A stretch of 54,294 bases of DNA, from the sequence record SRR2962707_1437; one strand, 5' to 3'. The notes beneath the pieces were generated by a model. That model ran no database searches, was not told where the DNA came from, and was given only the letters and a program-made list of their open reading frames with translations. The translations under genes and the position numbers were made by a program. Below are positions 37,998-47,112 of the stretch, in pieces. Within the stretch, counting starts at the first letter, position 1. The number at the start of each line of letters is the position of its first letter.

Positions 37998-38028
37998 AGG
38001 AGGCGGAACTTTGGTTCCGCCTCTTTTG
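37998..38028. terminator. Intrinsic terminator
   Basis: AGGAGGCGGAAC-tttg-GTTCCGCCTCTTTT. Confidence 0.75.
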
Positions 38029-38043
38029 CATTTCAACGGGCAG

Positions 38044-38796
38044 TCACCGGCCGGTTGCGGCCTGTTGTCCGTTGGCCAGAAAATGGCCGAGCCAGGCCTC
38101 CGGGCCGCCGGAGAGGCAGTCTTCAGGACAGTTTTCCGCGCTCTCGTCTCGCGCGATCCTCCATGCCTCATTGTTCCGCTTCAGCGAAATCGTCCGTGCA
38201 GGCTGCGCCTGCGCATCGCGCCAGACGGCGTGCAGTTCGCTGCCGCCATCCATCTGGATTTCCCAGGGAATGCTCGTGTCGAAGCGGAGCGACGGATCCT
38301 TGATCATGCGAAGATGAGCGTGGTCCGTCAGCGCATCCAGCATCGGCGGAACGAGATCGAGATGCATGAGATAGGCGCGGTCGCCGCGCAGATGCGCGCG
38401 CCACGAAGGAATGCGTCTGGGAAAAACAAGCGGCACCGGGGCGTCGTCCGGATCGGTGCGGCAGCTCGCGATCCGTTGCGCCACGCGCATGGCCGGGGTC
38501 TTGCTCAGAACGAAGACCCATTGCCTGTACCGGTTATCGGCCGCCATGGCGGTCGAAGGGATATTGGACTGCAGGAATTTCATGAGATCGCCGGAGCCGC
38601 TGAACAGCGCAGTGGCGATAAGCGACATGGAACCGGTCAGGACGATGGTGTCGTCCCTGATGTCGCTGAGGGAGGCTGAGGCAAGCGGCTTTTTTGTCAA
38701 TGTTCCTGTCCGGGTTCTGCGGTTGCGTTGGCCCGCGCTGCCTCGATTTTTCGTTTCGGCGCCGGATACGATGGTTGTCGTTTCCTCTGCCGGCAA
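38044..38796 (-). CDS. Hypothetical protein
   Basis: Longest ORF filling the gap between paralogs 2 and 3; start uncertain; no family recognised. Confidence 0.45.
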   Translation of the reverse strand: MPAEETTTIVSGAETKNRGSAGQRNRRTRTGTLTKKPLASASLSDIRDDTIVLTGSMSLIATALFSGSGDLMKFLQSNIPSTAMAADNRYRQWVFVLSKTPAMRVAQRIASCRTDPDDAPVPLVFPRRIPSWRAHLRGDRAYLMHLDLVPPMLDALTDHAHLRMIKDPSLRFDTSIPWEIQMDGGSELHAVWRDAQAQPARTISLKRNNEAWRIARDESAENCPEDCLSGGPEAWLGHFLANGQQAATGR

Positions 38797-39196
38797 AAAT
38801 GTGGCGCCCGCGTCCTTGCGGACAGCGGGCGCCGTCTTCCGTTGCGAGGCCGGAGCTTTCGGCGGTTTCCCCGGGGTGAGGGATGCTGCATCGGGATCGA
38901 GGAGAATCGTTACGATCGAAATGACAGCTGGGGAGACGGCTTGAGCGGCCTACCACGCAGCAGAAGTTCTGTTCTGGGATCGTTGCAACGGCACGGCCCG
39001 CGAGTCCATCGGAATTACAAAGAATTACACTCACACAATTGCGCTTGAGAGCTTGCGCCTTCCTGTCTTCCGTTCCTCGGATATTCGTACACGGATAAAA
39101 CCGCGCACCACGCCGAGCCCGAACATATCGCCACATTTCTCTACACCGTCTCTCCTTGGGAATTTGCTACGCAAGTTCACACGGGAGGAAGACATC

Positions 39197-40069
39197 ATGC
39201 GCTCATCACTGATTGCTCTTGTTGCGTCCGGCCTGTTGTCGGGCTGCATAACGTCGGGCGGAGACGGCGAGCCGTCCGCCATTCGATCAGGTTCCGTTTC
39301 AAGCACTTCGGCGATAGCCAGCACGCCGCTGGGCGTTGGCGGCGAAGGAGGCGTTTCCGAGGAACTTCTCGGTACCGACCTGCTGACGCCGCTGATCGGC
39401 GGCGGCGGCCTTGTCGGCGCCACATTGGGCGGCGGCGGTGACGGCCTGCTCGCAGGTGATCTGCCTGCGGAGAGCCCGATTCCCGCCGGCGCCGGGGCGC
39501 CTCTCACAAGTGCACTGGACCAGGTGGGCGCGCAGGCCCCCTCGCTCGGCGTATCGGGTAACGGCGGGCTCGGCGAAGACCTTTTCGGCCACGACATTGC
39601 CGGTCTTCTCGTCGGCACGGACGGTGGCCTGGTTCCCGTCCTTCTGTCGGGGGGCAACGAAGCGCAGCTCGGCAGTATTGTGCCGGAGGGTTCCGCGCCC
39701 CTGACGCCCGTCGGCGATGTCGTCGCCGGCGCTATCGACGGCGCACAGGCCAACTCCTCGGATGGAAACCTGAACGCGCTGGCGCCTGTGGTCAGCCCGA
39801 TCATTCTCAGCGCACTTGGCGCTGGCGGCGAAGGCGAGGGCCCGATCCCCGGTGTTGCGCTTCCCTCGCTTCCGATCGAACAGCTTGGCCCGGTCGTCGT
39901 GCCGGCCGCTAACGCGGCGACGCAGATACTGGCGACACCGCTGCTGCCGAACGGAACGACGGCAGCCGACATCGCACTCCCGGTCGTTCTGGGAGCTGCC
40001 GCAGGTGTTGCCGACGCCACACTGCCGCTCGAAACGGTCAACGACACCATCATCACAATATTGCCGTAG
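39197..40069 (+). CDS. Gly/Leu-rich repeat lipoprotein (paralog 3)
   Basis: GGAGG RBS, lipobox LSG-C, two LGVxGxGG repeats. Confidence 0.8.
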   Translation: MRSSLIALVASGLLSGCITSGGDGEPSAIRSGSVSSTSAIASTPLGVGGEGGVSEELLGTDLLTPLIGGGGLVGATLGGGGDGLLAGDLPAESPIPAGAGAPLTSALDQVGAQAPSLGVSGNGGLGEDLFGHDIAGLLVGTDGGLVPVLLSGGNEAQLGSIVPEGSAPLTPVGDVVAGAIDGAQANSSDGNLNALAPVVSPIILSALGAGGEGEGPIPGVALPSLPIEQLGPVVVPAANAATQILATPLLPNGTTAADIALPVVLGAAAGVADATLPLETVNDTIITILP

Positions 40070-40118
40070 AGGCTCGCGCGGGGGCGCCGATTCAGCGAGT
40101 TGAGGGAGGAATAAGAGA

Positions 40119-42113
40119 ATGAAATTTCAGGTTTTGCGTTCGATTGTTGCGCTAGTGGGGATGCTCGCCTTTCCCGCGGGGGTGCAGGCCGCCCAGATCA
40201 AGTTGGGCGACGTCGACATCGCCATCAGCACGACTGTTTCGGCCGGCGCGAGCATGCGCGTGTCGGAACAGAGCTGCGAATACATCTCCGTCTTCAACGG
40301 CGGTTGTCTCGCACCGGGCGGCACGGACTATGACGTCAATTCCGACGACGGAAATGTCAACGTCGAACGTGGCGACTTCATTTCGACGCCCGTAAAAATC
40401 ATTTCCGAAGCCGATATGAAGTGGGACAGGTTCGGTTTCTTCGTCCGCGCCAAGGCTTTCTACGACTACATCGGTAATGAGGAGCTCGGTAATGGCGGCG
40501 GCAAGTACGGTCCCGTGCTGGCCGGCGGGTCGCAGCGCCGTCCTCTCGAAGACGAATTCCGCGGCGACGATGCCCGCAACCTGCAGGGCCGCTCATTCGA
40601 TCTGCTTGACGCTTTTGCCTATGGCAACTTCCTCGTCGCCGATATGCCCACGACAGTGCGTATCGGCCGTCAGGCGGTCAACTGGGGTGAAAGCCTCTTC
40701 ATCCCCGGCGGCGTTTCGGCCTATCTGCCGCTCGACGTGTCGGCCCTTGTGCGGCCTGGCGTTGAGTTGAAGGAAATTTTCCTGCCGCAGAATTCGATCT
40801 TCGCGAGCGTCGGTCTGCCCGCGAACCTGACCTTCGAAGCGCAGTATGTTTTCCAGTGGGAAGAATCGGTTCTTCCCGCTTGCGGCAGCTTCTTCTCGCC
40901 GAGTGACGCGGCGGCGGCTGGCTGCCGCTACGCCCTCAGTGGCGGTGAAGTCTACAATCTCGGTGGCGGGCTGAGTTACACGCCGACAGCCTTCATCCCG
41001 CGCGGTCCCGACGAGAGGGCCGACGATCAGGGGCAGTTCGGTCTGGCGCTTCGTTACTATGCCGATTGGCTCAACAAGGGCACGGAACTCTCCGCCTATT
41101 TTGTCAACTTTCACTCGAAACTGCCTTTCGGCACTTTCACGGCGTCGACGCCGACGCTGACGACGGCCGCCTTGCAGGCATTCTGCAATCCTGCCGTGCC
41201 GGGCGCATTGTCGAGCCCAAGCTGTACCTCCGCAACGCCGCTAAACGACGACGCTGGGCGTCCTGTTTCGTTCGGCCAGGGAATTTTCGCGGAAGCGGCT
41301 GGCGACAACAAAAATCTGATCGTTCAGTATCCTGAAGACATCGAAATGTTCGGGACGAGCTTCAACACAACGATCCCGATCATCGGCGATGCGACCGCAT
41401 TGTCCGGCGAACTTGCCTACTATCCGGACATGCCCTTTCAGCTCGACACCAGCGAGATTCTCGGCGCGGATATCGAGAACTTCGGCTACACGCCGGGCCC
41501 GGGCGAACCCGACTACTATGAGGGTCCGGCAGTCGCACCCGGCTCGGTCATTCCCGGTTATCGGAGGACGAAGGCCTTGCACGGCCAGATCTACACGCTG
41601 AGCACACTCACGCCGTCCGATCCGATCGTGAATTTCCTCGACGGCAACCTGCTCATTCTGGTCGCCAATGTCGGCTTCCAGTACTTGCCGGATGCAAGCG
41701 GCAACCGCTACGCCATTCCGCGCTCCAGCGAAACGCACGATAATCCTGGCACCGCTGCGACGTTGGGCGACAACTGCATTCGTCTCGGCACCTGCTCCAT
41801 CGACCCGGTCTATGCCTCGACATTCTCCTGGGGATATCGCTTGCTGGCCCAGATGGAATACAACAACGCCTTCGGCACGCCCTACACACTGAGCCCGCAG
41901 ATCATCTGGAGCCACGATGTCAGCGGCTATTCGGCGGGACCCATCGGTCCGGGCTTCGTCGAAGGCAAGAAGGCGGTGACGCTCGGCGTAACGGCGAGCT
42001 ATCTCGACCAGTACCGCCTGACGGTCGACTACACCAACAACTTCGGCGCGAAATACCGCAACGGTTCCTACGACAAGGATTTCGTCAGCATGACCGCGTC
42101 ATACACGTTCTAG
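40119..42113 (+). CDS. DUF1302 family outer-membrane protein
   Basis: T.SAGASMR, NSDDGN.N, LLDAF.YG, R.GRQ.VNWGESLF, PG.ELKE...P, DKDFVS.TASYTF. Confidence 0.88.
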   Translation: MKFQVLRSIVALVGMLAFPAGVQAAQIKLGDVDIAISTTVSAGASMRVSEQSCEYISVFNGGCLAPGGTDYDVNSDDGNVNVERGDFISTPVKIISEADMKWDRFGFFVRAKAFYDYIGNEELGNGGGKYGPVLAGGSQRRPLEDEFRGDDARNLQGRSFDLLDAFAYGNFLVADMPTTVRIGRQAVNWGESLFIPGGVSAYLPLDVSALVRPGVELKEIFLPQNSIFASVGLPANLTFEAQYVFQWEESVLPACGSFFSPSDAAAAGCRYALSGGEVYNLGGGLSYTPTAFIPRGPDERADDQGQFGLALRYYADWLNKGTELSAYFVNFHSKLPFGTFTASTPTLTTAALQAFCNPAVPGALSSPSCTSATPLNDDAGRPVSFGQGIFAEAAGDNKNLIVQYPEDIEMFGTSFNTTIPIIGDATALSGELAYYPDMPFQLDTSEILGADIENFGYTPGPGEPDYYEGPAVAPGSVIPGYRRTKALHGQIYTLSTLTPSDPIVNFLDGNLLILVANVGFQYLPDASGNRYAIPRSSETHDNPGTAATLGDNCIRLGTCSIDPVYASTFSWGYRLLAQMEYNNAFGTPYTLSPQIIWSHDVSGYSAGPIGPGFVEGKKAVTLGVTASYLDQYRLTVDYTNNFGAKYRNGSYDKDFVSMTASYTF

Positions 42114-42210
42114 GAGAGAGGCCACTCTCTGACTTGAGGCCAACAGCCTGGCCTCGCGTCGCGGCCCGTTCCCGGGAAACTGGGGGCGGGTCGTCGGCGT
42201 TTTGGGAGGG

Positions 42211-42861
42211 TTAGTTTTGCGCTGGCTGAAGATAGCCGCGTGTCAGAACTTCGAGTACGACGTCGGCATAGCGCCGTTGCAGCCTTTCGTCGATCTCCTC
42301 CACGCCGTGCACGAATTTCAGGACCGAGCGGTTGGCGAAGATCTGCTCGCAGGCGCCGAGCGCCGCCATATAGAAGAGGTCGGGATCAATCGGCCGGATG
42401 CTTCCATCCTCAATCCCGGCTTCCATCAGGTCTTTCGCCACACGGGCCAGCGGCTCGGCAAAGAATTGCGTGATCTCGCGCGCATGTTCCTCGGAACTGT
42501 CGCGCATCAGCGCCGCTAGCAGCCGGTAGAGATAGGGGTAGCGGAAAAAAGTACGGATGACGCCCGCGAGATGCCGCCTCAGCTTTTCGGCCGGGCTGAT
42601 ATTGAGCGACAGCAGCCGGTCGAGTTCGCCGAGCGCCGTCACGGCGTCTCGCTTGGCGAGCGCCAGCAGCAGCCCGTCCTTGCCGCCGAAATAATAGCTG
42701 ACCAGCGCAACATTCACTTCCGCCCGGGCGGCAATGTCGGTGAGCGGCACGTCGATCGACTGCCGCTCGCTCATTACGGCGCTTGCAGCGTCGAGCAGCA
42801 GCTCCCGCGCGGCGGGCCGGGCCGGGGCGGCCCTCGCTTTGCCCCTCTCTTGCGCCTCCAT
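42211..42861 (-). CDS. TetR family transcriptional regulator
   Basis: DIAARAEVNVALVSYYFGGKDGL HTH. Confidence 0.93.
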   Translation of the reverse strand: MEAQERGKARAAPARPAARELLLDAASAVMSERQSIDVPLTDIAARAEVNVALVSYYFGGKDGLLLALAKRDAVTALGELDRLLSLNISPAEKLRRHLAGVIRTFFRYPYLYRLLAALMRDSSEEHAREITQFFAEPLARVAKDLMEAGIEDGSIRPIDPDLFYMAALGACEQIFANRSVLKFVHGVEEIDERLQRRYADVVLEVLTRGYLQPAQN

Positions 42862-42892
42862 AAAAGGCCTCCTTGCTTCCGTGCCTTTTTCG

Positions 42893-42912
42893 ATTTAAAT
42901 GTAGATTTAAAT
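42893..42912. promoter_or_regulatory. Candidate TetR operator
   Basis: Palindrome ATTTAAAT-gtag-ATTTAAAT between divergent tetR and ADH. Confidence 0.55.
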
Positions 42913-42969
42913 TTTTAAATACGCCATTAAAAACAGCCCGCTCGAAGACGGGATCTAGAGAGGCGGACG

Positions 42970-43668
42970 ATGAAGGTAACGGCTGCGGTCGCGCGTGCGC
43001 CCGAGGCTGATTTCAGCATCGAGGAACTGGAGATCGACGAGCCGCGCGAGGACGAGATTCTCGTGCGCGTGGTAGGCGTCGGCCTTCGCCACACCGATCT
43101 TGTCTTCAAGGCGAGTCAGACCATCGCTCCGCCCGCCGTCGTCGGCCGTGAAAGCTCCGGCATCGTCGAGCGTGTCGGGAGCGCCGTAAAAAAGGTCGCG
43201 CCGGGCGGACCGCGTCTCCATCACCTTCCGCTCCTGCGGGGCCTGCCCGCGCTGCCTGAAGGGCGACCCCGCCGAAGCGAAGGACCTCGCCGCCGCCGCG
43301 CGCGCAATCCAGCCCCTCGGCGTCGATTATGCTTTCGACACGACCGGCATCCCGATCTGCTGCAGGCGGCGATGCAAATGCCTCGGGCCCCATGGCACCT
43401 TCGGTATTGTCGGCATCGCACCGCCCGGAACGCCGATGCGGGGCGACCTTATGTCGGCCGTCACATTTGGGCATACGGTCAAGGGCATCATCGAGGCGAC
43501 AGTAACCCCGATACCTTTATTCCGGAGATGATCGAGCTTCACCGTCAGGGCAAACTTCCTTTCGACAGGCTCATCAAGACCTATCCGCTGAGCGAGATAA
43601 ACCGCGTCTTTGCCGATCAACATGCAGGCAAGTGCGTGAAAGTCGTTCTCCTCACGGGCCAGAACTGA
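42970..43668 (+). pseudogene. Zn-dependent (aryl-)alcohol dehydrogenase pseudogene
   Basis: GLRHTD and GRESSG replace CHTD and GHEG; SCGACPRC and GVDYAFDTTG lie in shifted frames; the central region is missing. Confidence 0.85.
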
Positions 43669-43704
43669 AACCGCAATCAAGACACGGGAAACCAGGAGAA
43701 AAAA

Positions 43705-44946
43705 ATGAGTGACGCATACATCATCGACGCGGTTCGCACGCCGCGCGGCATCGGCAAGGTCGGCAAGGGCTCGCTTGCCCATCTGCATCCCCAGCATCTC
43801 GCCCGCACGGTGCTCGCCGCGCTCGCGAAGCGCAACGATCTCAACACCGCCGAAGTCGACGACATCATCTGGGGCACCTCTTCCCAGCGTGGCGCGCAGG
43901 GCGGCGACATGGGCCGCATGGCCGCGCTCGACGCGGGCTTCGACGTCAAGGCATCCGGCGTCACGCTCGACCGCTTCTGCGGTTCGGGCATCACCACGGT
44001 CAACCTCGCCGCGGCGCAGATCATGTCCGGCATGGAAGACCTCGTCATCGCCGGCGGCACCGAGATGATGAGCTACACGTCGGCCACCGCCGATCCGAAG
44101 ACGCCGCCGATGATGGACGCGGGCAACCTCCATCTTCGCAAGCAGCATCCGCAGTCCCAGCAGGGCGTCTGCGCCGATGCGATCGCAACGCTTGAAGGCA
44201 TCGACCGCAAGGCGGTGGACGAACTCGCGCTCATGTCGCAGCAGCGCGCCGCGAAAGCCATCGAGGAAGGCCGTTTCGACAAGTCCCTCGTCACCGTCTA
44301 CAACGATGACGGCTCGGTCGCGCTCGACCGCGAGGAGTTTCCGCGTCCGCAGACGACGCTGGAAGGGCTGAACGGCCTCAAGGCTTCTTTTGAAGTCTGG
44401 GCCGGTATCTCGGTCGACGAGGCGGGCACCACCTATGGCGATCTCATTCGCCAGAAATACCCGCAGCTCGAGAAGTTCAACCACATCCACCACGCCGGCA
44501 ACTCGTCGGGTGTCGTGGACGGCGCAGCGGCGCTCCTGCTCGCGTCGAAGGACTATGCGGACAAGCACGGCCTGAAGCCCCGCGCCCGTATCGTCGCGAC
44601 CGCCAACATGGGCGACTGTCCGACGCTGATGCTCAACGCGCCGGTGCCCGCCGCGAAGAAGGTGCTCGAAAAGGCGGGTCTCACCGTCGACGACATCGAC
44701 CTCTTCGAAATCAACGAAGCCTTCGCCGTCGTCGCCGAAAAGTTCATCCGCGATCTGAAGCTCGACCGCGACAAGGTGAACGTGAATGGCGGCGCCTGTG
44801 CGCTCGGCCATCCGATCGGCGCCACCGGCTCGATCCTCATCGGCACGGTGCTCGACGAGCTCGAGCGCCGCGACCTGAAGCGCGGTCTCGTGACCATGTG
44901 CGCCGCCGGCGGCATGGCGCCTGCCGTCATCATCGAACGTATCTAG
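43705..44946 (+). CDS. Acetyl-CoA C-acetyltransferase (thiolase)
   Basis: RFCGSG, NEAFA, GHPIGATG, CAAGG. Confidence 0.96.
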   Translation: MSDAYIIDAVRTPRGIGKVGKGSLAHLHPQHLARTVLAALAKRNDLNTAEVDDIIWGTSSQRGAQGGDMGRMAALDAGFDVKASGVTLDRFCGSGITTVNLAAAQIMSGMEDLVIAGGTEMMSYTSATADPKTPPMMDAGNLHLRKQHPQSQQGVCADAIATLEGIDRKAVDELALMSQQRAAKAIEEGRFDKSLVTVYNDDGSVALDREEFPRPQTTLEGLNGLKASFEVWAGISVDEAGTTYGDLIRQKYPQLEKFNHIHHAGNSSGVVDGAAALLLASKDYADKHGLKPRARIVATANMGDCPTLMLNAPVPAAKKVLEKAGLTVDDIDLFEINEAFAVVAEKFIRDLKLDRDKVNVNGGACALGHPIGATGSILIGTVLDELERRDLKRGLVTMCAAGGMAPAVIIERI

Positions 44947-45015
44947 CAGTCAGGGGCTTGCCGGACGGAAGCGGCCTCGCGCCCTTCCGTCCTGTCCCCC
45001 CGGGAGGTTCATCAC

Positions 45016-45438
45016 ATGACCTACACGATCACAGACCTGGCCAACGAATTCGGCATCACGCATCGCGCGCTCCGCTTCTATGAAGAAAAGGGTCTGATCG
45101 AGCCTGAGCGAAAAGGACAGACGCGCATCTACTCGAACCGCGACCGGGCGCGCCTGCGCCTCATCGTCAATGGCCGCGATATCGGGCTCACGCTTTACGA
45201 AATCCGCCAGATCCTCGACTCCTACCGCAAGGACGACGTGGCCGAGCAGAACCGCATCGCGGTCGCCTTCTTCCGCAAGCGTCTTGCCGTCGTCAAGGAA
45301 CAGCGTGCGCGCGTCGACGACCAGATCGACCGTCTCGAGGAAGCCTGCGAGCGTTTCTCCAGCGAGGATGTCGAGGCGTCCGCGCCGAGAAACACGCGCC
45401 GCGCCGGGCAAGCGGAACTGCGCACCGGAACGCATTGA
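45016..45438 (+). CDS. MerR family regulator (LiuR-like)
   Basis: YTITDLANEFGIT.RALRFYEEKGL..P.R.G..RIY. Confidence 0.9.
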   Translation: MTYTITDLANEFGITHRALRFYEEKGLIEPERKGQTRIYSNRDRARLRLIVNGRDIGLTLYEIRQILDSYRKDDVAEQNRIAVAFFRKRLAVVKEQRARVDDQIDRLEEACERFSSEDVEASAPRNTRRAGQAELRTGTH

Positions 45439-45544
45439 TCTCCGCCTTTTTGCGAATCGCCATGGGGGCCGGAGGAAGCTAGACTTCGTCCGGCCTCAAT
45501 CATAAGAGCCTCCGGCAAACGGAGTTCACAGGGAGAACGAAGGC

Positions 45545-46948
45545 ATGAGCGACTACAAGCTTCTCATCAACGGCAAGCTCGTCGACGGCGCGAAGACGTC
45601 GAACGTCGTCAATCCGGCGACTGAAGAACCCGTTGCCGCCTGTCCGCGCGCGTCTGAAGCGCAGTTGAACGAAGCCGTCGCGGCGGCCAAGGCTGCGTTC
45701 CCCGCCTGGAGCGCGACCTCGATCGACGAGCGCAAGAAAGTGCTGAACGCCATCGCCGATGCGATCGAGGCGAACGCTACCGACCTCGCGCGCCTTCTCA
45801 CGCAGGAACAGGGCAAGCCCCTCGGCGACGCGACCGGCGAAGTTTACGGCACCGCCGCCTTCTTCCGTTACTTCACCATGCTCGACCTGCCGGTGAAGAT
45901 CATCGAGGACAGCGAAGGCAAGAAGGTCGAGGCGCATCGCCGCCCCCTCGGCGTCATCGGCGCGATCGTGCCGTGGAATTTCCCGATGATCCTGATGGCG
46001 TTCAAGCTGCCGCCGGCGCTCCTCGCGGGCAACACGGTGGTGCTGAAGCCCGCGCCGACAACGCCGCTCACCTCGCTGAAGCTCGGCGAACTCATCAAGG
46101 ACATCGTGCCGGCCGGCGTCGTCAACATCGTCGCCGATGAAAACGATCTCGGCGCCGCGCTCACCGCGCATCCCGACGTCCGCAAGATTTCCTTCACCGG
46201 CTCGACCGCGACCGGCCAGAAGGTCATGGCGGGTGCTGCCGGGCTCCTCAAGCGCATCACGCTCGAACTCGGCGGCAACGACGCCGGCATCGTGCTCGGC
46301 GACGTCGACCCGAAGGAAGCCGCGCCCAGGCTCTTCCAGAGCGCCTTCCAGAATTCCGGCCAGGTCTGCATCGCCATGAAGCGGCTCTATGTGCATGAGT
46401 CGATCTATGACGAGATGTGCAACGAGCTCGCCGAACTCGCGAACAACGCGGTGATCGGCGACGGCCTCAAGCAGGGCACGCAGCTTGGGCCGCTCCAGAA
46501 CAAGATGCAGTTCGACAAGGTGAAGGAACTGATCGAGGACGCGAGGAAGACCGGCAAGATCATCGCCGGCGGCGACGCGCCCGAAGAGAAGGGCTACTTC
46601 ATCCGCCCGACCATCGTTCGCGACATCACCGACGGCTCGCGCCTCGTCGATGAAGAGCAGTTCGGCCCCGTGCTCCCCGTCATCAAATATTCCGACGCGG
46701 ACGATGCCGTCGCCCGCGCCAATGCCTCGCCCTACGGTCTTGGCGGCTCCATCTGGTCGAACGACGCGGACAGGGCCTACGAGCTTGCAACGAAAATGGA
46801 ATCCGGCAGCGTCTGGATCAACAAGCACGCCGACCTCGCGCCGAATATTCCCTTCGGCGGCGCGCGCTTTTCGGGCCTCGGCACGGAACTCGGCGAAGAA
46901 GGCCTCGCCGAGTTCACGCAGCTCAAGATCATCAACATGGCGAAGTGA
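45545..46948 (+). CDS. NAD-dependent aldehyde dehydrogenase
   Basis: PWNFP, FTGSTATG, LELGGND, GQVC, EEQFGP. Confidence 0.96.
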   Translation: MSDYKLLINGKLVDGAKTSNVVNPATEEPVAACPRASEAQLNEAVAAAKAAFPAWSATSIDERKKVLNAIADAIEANATDLARLLTQEQGKPLGDATGEVYGTAAFFRYFTMLDLPVKIIEDSEGKKVEAHRRPLGVIGAIVPWNFPMILMAFKLPPALLAGNTVVLKPAPTTPLTSLKLGELIKDIVPAGVVNIVADENDLGAALTAHPDVRKISFTGSTATGQKVMAGAAGLLKRITLELGGNDAGIVLGDVDPKEAAPRLFQSAFQNSGQVCIAMKRLYVHESIYDEMCNELAELANNAVIGDGLKQGTQLGPLQNKMQFDKVKELIEDARKTGKIIAGGDAPEEKGYFIRPTIVRDITDGSRLVDEEQFGPVLPVIKYSDADDAVARANASPYGLGGSIWSNDADRAYELATKMESGSVWINKHADLAPNIPFGGARFSGLGTELGEEGLAEFTQLKIINMAK

Positions 46949-46977
46949 CCGGATAAGGCGCGAACGCGCCTTGTCCG

Positions 46978-47009
46978 GTCATCCCCGGGCTCTTGACCCG
47001 GGGATCCAG
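46978..47009. repeat. REP-like hairpin
   Basis: GTC-ATCCCCGGG-ctcttga-CCCGGGGAT-CCAG, a common alphaproteobacterial repeat style. Confidence 0.5.
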
Positions 47010-47112
47010 AAGGCGCACTACGCGCCGTCCCTCTTCGCAAGAATCTTCTACGCCGCTTCTCCGTTTCCGGGGAGGCGGCTTTTTTATGCGCGTCGCGAAA
47101 GGCGGCGCGCCG

